A stretch of DNA of 64,000 bases from an uncultured Armatimonadia bacterium. GTDB lineage: Bacteria > Armatimonadota > Zipacnadia > Zipacnadales > VGFC01. The position numbers were made by a program, and so were the translations under genes. The first letter of the stretch is position 1, and the number at the start of each line of letters is the position of its first letter. Shown one piece after another: positions 57,663 to 64,000 of this stretch. The notes beneath the pieces are model-generated. The model made no database searches. It was given only the letters and a program-made list of their open reading frames with translations, and had not been told where the DNA came from. The stretch spans positions 4,539 to 68,538 of the forward strand of contig CAZKUN010000013.1 of assembly GCA_964555935.1 (NCBI GenBank), given 5' to 3'.

Positions 57663-59272
57663 CGGTACTGAATGATCTGCGCTTCGACCCAATGCGTGGC
57701 GCGGCTCTTGTCGCGGTTTTCGTTGAGGTAAGGCGCGGGCGTGTAGGTGATCGCGCACGGCTTGGCAGGCGCCACGGCGTCGGTGATATCGATGTCCCAT
57801 GGCGTGACGATGTCGCCGGGCGCCCAGCCTGCGCGGTCGAACTTCCACGTGCCCCCTTGCGGCCGGCATGGGTTCAGGTAGACATCGGTCTTCCAGAGCG
57901 TGTTCTCGTACGATGTCTCGTTGACAGTGACCGTTCGGCCGGCGGGCATGAACTCGGCGGCGTTCTTGCTGCTAGGGCTCATCCCGTGCCCGGTGACCAT
58001 GAACCGCAGCTTGGCGGCCTTCGCATCGGCGCCGATGACGCCCGTGCGGGGCGCGAACCAATCGGCCATCGGGTGGTCCGGATTCCCGTACTCAGGCTGG
58101 CCGGACCAGAGGTTCGTAACGCTGAACGCCTCGCGTTCGGGTGTGCCGGGGTAGTAGTCGAGATCGACGCTCACCTTCCATCCCTGGCGCGTCTCGTGGG
58201 TCTCCCCGCCGACCCAGGTGTCGATGTAGAGTCCCATTTTCCGGTGCCCGCGCAGGATGGACTGGTAGTCCGTCACGTCGACCTTCCACGTGTAGCCGCG
58301 GCCGAAAGGCGTGATGTAGCGGCAGATCTCGTAGCGCTCGCCGTCATCCCCCCACGCGTAGATGGCAGCCGAGCGGTCCCAGGGATCAAAGTCTCCCGGC
58401 GGCGCAGCGAGGGAGAGCGTGAGGATGATCCGGGCGACCTGCAAGTCGGGCGGCGCGAGCTGGAATTCGCCCACCGGTGTCCGGTTGCCCGCGTGGACGA
58501 TCTCGCGAGCGAAGAACTGGTAGCGCTGCCGCGCGGCGCGGTCGGCGGAGGCGATTGGGTCAAGATACTCGACGGTCAGATCGTCAACGGCCAGGCGAGT
58601 GGTCATGCCACCCGTTCGGCCCGCGAGGGCGACGCGACACTCGTGAGGCACCATCTCCGCGATGAAGTGGTCGTGGTAGATGTCGGTGTCGTCGATGGTC
58701 ACGCTCACCAACGCTCCGCCGATGACATGGCGGATCGAGATGTGGACGTCGTGGAACTCCCCGCCGCGGAACTCCACGGGGGAGAGGGCATTCGCGACCT
58801 CGGTTCCGTCCCAATGGACCGAGACCTCGCGCTGGGGACGGCTGTAGACGTTTCCGTTCTCGTCGAATCGATTCTCGGTGGGGGGATTGTAGATGTCAAA
58901 GCCCACGGCAAATGAACGGGTGAGATTTGGCTCTTCCCACTTCCCGACGTTTGGCCCCGCGCCGTGGGTCCCGTAGACACCTGTGTTCAGCAGGGCAAAC
59001 GCCGCGCCGTCCGCGCCCTCATCGCAGCGCAGCCGGAAGGATGCCTCGATCCGCGAATGGGCGCCCTGGGCGGATCGGGGGAAGGCGACCACGTTGCTTT
59101 GATCGGTCTTGCCATGCAGCAGGTGTAGCACCCCATCGCCGATCCGAGGGCCGGGTTGAGAACCGTAGGCCGTAAGGGCGGCGTCGGCGCCGGAGCGCAA
59201 GCGGTCGAATGTGTGGGTCTGGGAATGCGCCGGCGATACGAGAAGGGCGAGGGCGCAGAGGGCGGGGAGCAT
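57659..59272 (-). CDS. Secreted protein with N-terminal L-type (legume-like/ConA-like) lectin domain and uncharacterised C-terminal domain
   Basis: Signal peptide MLPALCALALLVSPAHS from the internal ATG 59272. Lectin-like motifs ADGAAFALL and SFAVGFD (cf. ADGlAFfl / vAVEFDt). Confidence 0.6.
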   Translation of the reverse strand: MLPALCALALLVSPAHSQTHTFDRLRSGADAALTAYGSQPGPRIGDGVLHLLHGKTDQSNVVAFPRSAQGAHSRIEASFRLRCDEGADGAAFALLNTGVYGTHGAGPNVGKWEEPNLTRSFAVGFDIYNPPTENRFDENGNVYSRPQREVSVHWDGTEVANALSPVEFRGGEFHDVHISIRHVIGGALVSVTIDDTDIYHDHFIAEMVPHECRVALAGRTGGMTTRLAVDDLTVEYLDPIASADRAARQRYQFFAREIVHAGNRTPVGEFQLAPPDLQVARIILTLSLAAPPGDFDPWDRSAAIYAWGDDGERYEICRYITPFGRGYTWKVDVTDYQSILRGHRKMGLYIDTWVGGETHETRQGWKVSVDLDYYPGTPEREAFSVTNLWSGQPEYGNPDHPMADWFAPRTGVIGADAKAAKLRFMVTGHGMSPSSKNAAEFMPAGRTVTVNETSYENTLWKTDVYLNPCRPQGGTWKFDRAGWAPGDIVTPWDIDITDAVAPAKPCAITYTPAPYLNENRDKSRATHWVEAQIIQYR

Positions 59273-59342
59273 GGGTGGTCTCCTTGCGTCGGCGGGTGCC
59301 TTCGGCATTGACAGGCGAGGAAACTCGCCGAGTTTCCGCGAC

Positions 59343-62201
59343 CTACGACGGCGAGAGCGTGTAGCTCTGGCCTGGCTTGGTTGCGAACTCGATGACGTTC
59401 TTGTCGACGGATTCGGCGGCGAGTTTTGGGCGGGCATCGAGGCGAAGGGCCGAATGCGCGCGGACGCGGCACGTGTTGCCAATCGAGGAGTGGACAATGG
59501 CGTGGGTGAGCTTGCCGTCGGCCCACTCGATATCGACCTCGAAGCCGCCGCGAGCGCGGAGCCCGGTCACGTGTCCGGTCGGCCAGGCTGCGGGGAGCGC
59601 GGGCAGCAGGTCGATCTCGCCATCGTGGCTCTGAATGAGCATCTCGGCGATGGCCGCGCAACCGCCGAAGTTGCCATCGATCTGGAAGGGCGGGTGGTTG
59701 TCGAACATGTTCGGCAGCGTTGACTTGGCGAGCAGCGCCTGGAGGTTCTCGTGGCACGTCTCGCCATCGCGTAAGCGCGCGAAGAAGTTGGTGATCCAAG
59801 CCCGGCTCCAGCCGGTGTGGCCGCCGCCGTGGGCGAGGCGGTGATCGAGGGTGGCGCGCGCGGCGTCGGCGAGTTCGGGCGTGCTGAAGACTGTGATCCG
59901 CCGACCCGGGTGCAGGCCGTAGAGGTGGGAGATGTGGCGATGGCCCGGTTCGGGTTCCTCGAACTCCTCGGGCCACTCCTGGAGGCGGCCGTCGCTGCCG
60001 ATCTTCATCGGCGTCAGGCGCGCGCGGGCGGCCTTGACCTCCATGCGGAAGTCGGCGTCGGTGTTCAACGCCTCGCTCGCCTCGATGCAGTTCTGGAAGA
60101 CGTCATCGATGATCTGATGGTCCATCGTCGCGCCCATGACGACATTCGCCACCTGCCCGTCGGGCGTGCGGAACGAGTTCTCTGGCGAACTCGACGGCCC
60201 GCTGACGAGCATCCCCGTGCGCGGGTCCTCAACGAGGTAATCGAGGAAGAAGAGGGCGGCTTCCTTGATGATCGGATAGCCCGTCTCCGCCAGGAACTCG
60301 CGGTCTCCGCTGTACTCGTAGTGCTCCCAGAGGTGACGCGTGCACCAGGCCGCGCTGAAGGGCCAGAGGCCATACCCCGTAGCGCCGATGGAGCTGGCGT
60401 ACCACCAGGCATCAGTGGTGTGATGCGCCACGAACCCGCGGCAGCCGTAGATCTTCCGGGCGGCCTCGCGACCACGTGGGAGGAGGTTCTCAGTGAGCTG
60501 GATGAAGGGCTCGTGGCACTCGGTGAGGTTGGCTACCTCGGCGGGCCAGTAGTTCATCTGGATGTTGATGTTGATGTGGTAATCAGCGTTCCAGGGCGGG
60601 CTCATCCCGGCTTCCCACAGCCCCTGGAGATTGGCGGGCATGCATCCGGGTCGCGAGGAGCTGATCAGCAGGTAGCGGCCGAACTGGAAGTACTGCTCGA
60701 GGAGTTGGGTATCGACAGCGCCTTGCTTCACGGCGGCGAGACGTTCGTCCGTGGGGAGGTTGGTGGCTTCGGTAGCGCCGAGGTCGAGATCGACCCGGCG
60801 GAAGAGCCGCTGGTGCTCCTTGACATGCCGCTTGCGGAGTTGGGCGTAGCCCTTGGCGGATGCGTCGGCCATGCGCTGGATGCACAGCTCGCGCGGGTCA
60901 TCGCCGAAGTAGCTTGTCGCGGCCACGATGAGGATTGTGGCCGAATCGGCGCCATCGATCCGCAGACCATCGTCCGCGGGGCTGACCGTGCCGCCATTGG
61001 TTCTCACCTTCAGCCGGGCTTCGTATCGGACGCCCTTCCCGTCGCCCGCGTGGCCGTACATGATGAGTCCGCCAGATCCATCGGACTCGACGGTCACGTC
61101 CCGCGAGCGAGAGAGGCCGACCGTGCATGATGCTGGACCGGAGAGGCGCGCCACTAAGACGTCATCAGCGGCGCTGGAGAAGACCTCGCGCGAGAGCCTC
61201 TCGCCATCCGCGCTGTAGGCAGTGGCCGCGATGGCGGAATCGAGGTCGAGATCGCGGCGGTAGTCGACGACGGTCCGGGGTCGGTCGAACGTCAGCGTGA
61301 GGTCGCCGAGGGCCTGGTACGTGTGGAGGCCGGGATCGATTCGCGTGCCCATGAGCTTCCCTTGGGCCAGGCGCTGACCCTCGACATAGTTGCCCTCGAA
61401 GAGCAACCGGCGGACCTCGTCGAGGTTACCGAGCGCCTCCGGGTTCTCGCGCTGGAAGGGCTCGCCGGTCCAGAGGCTGTCTTCGTTGAGTTGGATGAGT
61501 TCCCGATCAACACCGCCGAAGACCATCGCCCCGAGACGCCCGTTGCCAACCGGCAGAGCCTCGATCCACTCGTTGGCCGGCCGACGGTACCAGAGCGTGA
61601 GATCGCCCTCTGGCGGCGCGGCCTCGCCCGCGTGCTGGGTCACCTTGCCGCCGAGGTCGCTTGCTGCCGTGCATTGCTCAGCCAAAGCCTTGCCCTCCGG
61701 GCTGTCGGGGTCCGCGGGCCAGTCGGCCCACGTCAGGTCGTCGCCGGCGCGGAGTTGCCAGGAACCGCTCAGGCTCATAGATCCCTTGGCGCAGCCGAGG
61801 GAAAGCTCCGGGCCGGTCATCCCGCCGTTTCCGCCGTTGTCAAAGACGCGGACGGCGATGAGGTTGTAGTCGCCCCAGCGGACGGCACCCGGCGGAACTT
61901 GGCATTCGCGACGGGTCTGCCACGCGGTGCGGGGCTCGGGCGGGAGCTGGCCGGTGGCGCCGATCTTCTCACCGTTGAAGAACGACTCGTCGCAATCGTC
62001 GATGGCGCCGAGTTTCAGCGTCAGAGTCTCGCCGCGCCACTCCTTAGGGACTTCCACGAAGCATCGGTACCATGCGAAGCCGTCGTGCTGGCCCAGTCCG
62101 ACGCGGCCCCAGTCGGCGGGCACGGGGACGGTGTCCCAGGAGTTCTGGGCAAGGCTGACCGACGCGATGAGAATGGCGAGAGAGGTCGTGATGAGGCGCA
62201 T
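59343..62201 (-). CDS. Glycoside hydrolase family 95 (alpha-L-fucosidase/alpha-L-galactosidase type) with extra N-terminal ~170-aa sugar-binding domain
   Basis: Signal peptide present. GH95 N-terminal signature [28 protein letters not shown]...IQLNEDSLW. (alpha/alpha)6 catalytic region with NADYHININ. Confidence 0.85.
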   Translation of the reverse strand: MRLITTSLAILIASVSLAQNSWDTVPVPADWGRVGLGQHDGFAWYRCFVEVPKEWRGETLTLKLGAIDDCDESFFNGEKIGATGQLPPEPRTAWQTRRECQVPPGAVRWGDYNLIAVRVFDNGGNGGMTGPELSLGCAKGSMSLSGSWQLRAGDDLTWADWPADPDSPEGKALAEQCTAASDLGGKVTQHAGEAAPPEGDLTLWYRRPANEWIEALPVGNGRLGAMVFGGVDRELIQLNEDSLWTGEPFQRENPEALGNLDEVRRLLFEGNYVEGQRLAQGKLMGTRIDPGLHTYQALGDLTLTFDRPRTVVDYRRDLDLDSAIAATAYSADGERLSREVFSSAADDVLVARLSGPASCTVGLSRSRDVTVESDGSGGLIMYGHAGDGKGVRYEARLKVRTNGGTVSPADDGLRIDGADSATILIVAATSYFGDDPRELCIQRMADASAKGYAQLRKRHVKEHQRLFRRVDLDLGATEATNLPTDERLAAVKQGAVDTQLLEQYFQFGRYLLISSSRPGCMPANLQGLWEAGMSPPWNADYHININIQMNYWPAEVANLTECHEPFIQLTENLLPRGREAARKIYGCRGFVAHHTTDAWWYASSIGATGYGLWPFSAAWCTRHLWEHYEYSGDREFLAETGYPIIKEAALFFLDYLVEDPRTGMLVSGPSSSPENSFRTPDGQVANVVMGATMDHQIIDDVFQNCIEASEALNTDADFRMEVKAARARLTPMKIGSDGRLQEWPEEFEEPEPGHRHISHLYGLHPGRRITVFSTPELADAARATLDHRLAHGGGHTGWSRAWITNFFARLRDGETCHENLQALLAKSTLPNMFDNHPPFQIDGNFGGCAAIAEMLIQSHDGEIDLLPALPAAWPTGHVTGLRARGGFEVDIEWADGKLTHAIVHSSIGNTCRVRAHSALRLDARPKLAAESVDKNVIEFATKPGQSYTLSPS

Positions 62202-62245
62202 GTTCCCTGAGGTCGTGTAGGTGGTGGACAGTCCCGGCCGGCGAC

Positions 62246-62330
62246 GGCGGGGCGTGATGAATCACGCCCCTACAACGGCGGACGACGCGGGTCAGGAGAC
62301 CCGCAGGCACGGACGACTACGGCGACTACA
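62246..62330 (+). repeat. Tandem pair of dispersed hairpin repeats: ggggcgtga-tgaa-tcacgcccc + tacaacggcgg, then gggtc-agga-gaccc + gcaggcacggacgactacggcgactac
   Basis: Read directly. Its composition parallels 51481..51543 and 14120..14160. Confidence 0.75.
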
Positions 62331-62342
62331 ATCGCGCGGGCG

Positions 62343-63437
62343 CTAGGCACCGTTTCGGCCGAGGTGGCGGCCGCGCTCGACGAAGTACTTCATGGTCTCG
62401 TAGTCGATCTCAGGCGGCTCGGAGTGGTCGGAGTGAAGTACGTATCCGCCGCCGCCCTGGACGACCGGCAGTATCTTCTTGTCCATCTCCTCGTCGATGG
62501 CCGCGCGGTCGTTGGAGATCAGGCAGCGCACGTCCACGCCACCGTAGAAGCTGATATTGTCCCCGAAGTCCCTGTAGAGCGTCGGGAGGTCCATGCCAGC
62601 CTTGACCTCCATCGCCTGGAGGCAGTCCATGCCGGCCTCGATGAGTCCCGGTACGAGCGGCGCGACGTGCCCGCACGAGTGGATGATGACCTTGCAGCCG
62701 ATGGAGTGGGAGTAGTCGAAGATGCGCCTGTGCCCGGGGAGCAGGATCTTCTCGTACATCTCGGGCGACATGAACGGCTGGGTCTTGAAGCCCATGTCCT
62801 CGTAGAAGAACATGCCGTCGGGCTTGCCCTCCTCGGCGAAGAGGACCTCGAGGTGGCTGATGGTGAGGTCGACGTAGACCTTGACCATGTCGTCGACCCA
62901 ATCCGGCTCGAGCGCCATGCCGATCAGCATGTACTCGTGCCCGCAGATGGGGTGCATCTGCTCGAATGGGGCGACGCCGGCCCAGCAGAAGAAGCGCTGC
63001 TTGTTCGCGGCGTTCTCGCGGGCCGCGCGGTAGGCCTCGAAGGGGATGCGCCGGCGGTCAAGCTCGATGAGTTTCTCGCGGCCATGCTCGTTCCACGTGG
63101 CTTTGTCGTGAACGGTGAAGTCGACGTGCTCGGGCGTGGAGTCGTGCTGCTTGTGGCGCCGGAGCTGGGCCCCGTTGCCGTCGAGTTGGAGGATGGTTTC
63201 TTCGTCTTCCTCGATGGTGACGGTCTCGTGGTCGAGGTCGGCGACGGCGTTGAGCCAACCACCGGTGGCGATGTCCTGGCCGAAGTGGTCGGCGATGTCT
63301 TCGGTTTCGCCGATATGGCCTTCGCTGCGCCAGCGCTGGACGGTGGCGCCCCACGGGCTGACGGCGATCGGCGTGGAATCGACGGGCTTGTGGTCGAGGA
63401 CGTTCTGCATGCGCTCGATGCTGGTCATCTCAGACAT
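62343..63437 (-). CDS. Uroporphyrinogen-decarboxylase (URO-D)-like family protein (MtaA/CmuA-like methyltransferase fold)
   Basis: The URO-D/MtaA-like C-terminal half includes IIHSCGHV...LIEAGMDCLQ, 364 aa. Confidence 0.65.
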   Translation of the reverse strand: MSEMTSIERMQNVLDHKPVDSTPIAVSPWGATVQRWRSEGHIGETEDIADHFGQDIATGGWLNAVADLDHETVTIEEDEETILQLDGNGAQLRRHKQHDSTPEHVDFTVHDKATWNEHGREKLIELDRRRIPFEAYRAARENAANKQRFFCWAGVAPFEQMHPICGHEYMLIGMALEPDWVDDMVKVYVDLTISHLEVLFAEEGKPDGMFFYEDMGFKTQPFMSPEMYEKILLPGHRRIFDYSHSIGCKVIIHSCGHVAPLVPGLIEAGMDCLQAMEVKAGMDLPTLYRDFGDNISFYGGVDVRCLISNDRAAIDEEMDKKILPVVQGGGGYVLHSDHSEPPEIDYETMKYFVERGRHLGRNGA

Positions 63438-63638
63438 CGGTTTCCTCCGAAATGGGCCCGCGCGTAGGGCCGCGTTGGTGACGGCTCGGTGTTCGTCGGA
63501 GGGCGTGCGGCGGCCTGCCTGGCGACGACAACGGAACGAAAGCGGGAAGACTCGAAGATTCGAAGAACGGCAGGGCTAGGGGAGCGGCAAGGCCGAACCA
63601 CCAAGAGCGCCAAGGCCACCAAGGATGGGCACGGGCCA

Positions 63639-64000
63639 CTACGGGATGGTGAGTTCGTAGCGGAAGGCGCCGAGATCGGTAGGGAGCAAGACCCGCGTGT
63701 CGAAGACGGTTGTCTCGGGGAGTTCGAGTGGCGCGCCGTCTTCGTCGAAGGCCTGCACGGTCACGGCGTCAGCCGGTACGGAGACCGTCAGCGCGGTCAT
63801 GTTGCCGAGCGGCCAGAGCGTCCAGCGCTTGTCGCTAGCCTTCTTCAGGAGCGCGGCGCCGTCGGTCTTGAGCGGGCCGATGGGTTGGAGCTTGCCACGT
63901 GCGTCAGCAAATGCCACGTCGCCCCACGAGGCGGAGTCAACTCGCGCGCCGTCGAGCAACGCCGAGAAGACCAGCAACCCGCTCGGACCCGATGCGAGGA
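63639..64000 (-). CDS. Partial ORF (C-terminal part) running off the window end; hypothetical
   Basis: The open frame continues to the window edge. No family recognised. Confidence 0.3.
   Translation of the reverse strand, partial: LASGPSGLLVFSALLDGARVDSASWGDVAFADARGKLQPIGPLKTDGAALLKKASDKRWTLWPLGNMTALTVSVPADAVTVQAFDEDGAPLELPETTVFDTRVLLPTDLGAFRYELTIP

Noticed and set aside
59817-61130. 437-aa plus-strand ORF
   Set aside because: Lies antisense within the GH95 gene (59343..62201), which has strong family motifs. Shadow frame.
62364-63467. 367-aa plus-strand ORF
   Set aside because: Antisense shadow of the URO-D-like gene. Val/Asp/Gly-rich low complexity.
1-64000. Searched for CRISPR arrays, tRNA/rRNA genes, integrases, transposases, toxin-antitoxin or defence-system ATPase/nuclease genes
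   Set aside because: None of these is present in the window.

Overview
This 64-kb window is high-GC (about 65-70% by eye) and densely coding (about 45 genes). It contains no rRNA, tRNA, CRISPR arrays or recognisable transposases or integrases. The content is almost entirely carbohydrate-active, consistent with a polysaccharide-utilisation and glycan-biosynthesis island, likely from a PVC-like or similar anaerobic or facultative polysaccharide degrader (lineage not determinable from sequence alone).

Degradative enzymes include:
- two leaderless Cys-type sulfatases (CxPSR motif);
- a GH16 (EIDVFE motif), a GH95 alpha-L-fucosidase-like enzyme, and two heparinase II/III-like polysaccharide lyases;
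- two right-handed beta-helix proteins and FG-GAP/beta-propeller proteins;
- a GH114-like hydrolase and a frameshifted clan GH-A-like hydrolase;
- a carbohydrate esterase-like alpha/beta hydrolase, a secreted MBL-fold hydrolase and an L-type-lectin domain protein.

Cytoplasmic sugar-modifying enzymes include:
- two DegT/DnrJ/EryC1 PLP aminotransferases;
- two Gfo/Idh/MocA oxidoreductases;
- a xylose-isomerase-like TIM-barrel protein;
- a tandem-fused amidohydrolase-2;
- an M20 peptidase, an FAD oxidoreductase and a URO-D/MtaA-like protein.

The glycosyltransferase block holds seven GT genes (five GT4, two GT2) and lies adjacent to a creatininase-family amidase.

Signals worth a second look:
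- A glycyl-radical enzyme (RVAGYSDYF glycyl motif, TCVE Cys loop) sits between the GH16 and a sulfatase, with no activase in the window.
- A Gfo/Idh/MocA + xylose-isomerase-like + sulfatase operon resembles 3-keto-glycoside oxidative pathways.
- A dispersed REP/BIME-like family of GC-hairpin + CTACAACGGCGG-type repeats recurs in at least eight intergenic sites, and a related GGRTC-N4-GAYCC palindrome recurs upstream of genes.
- One 221-bp AT-rich island carries a sigma70-like promoter and a GCGATTAATCGC palindrome at the head of the GT cluster.
- Three homopolymer anomalies occur: an in-frame G16 tract, plus G7 and C7 tracts that each cause an apparent frameshift. These could be sequencing artefacts or phase-variable tracts.

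No transporters or regulators are encoded in the window.
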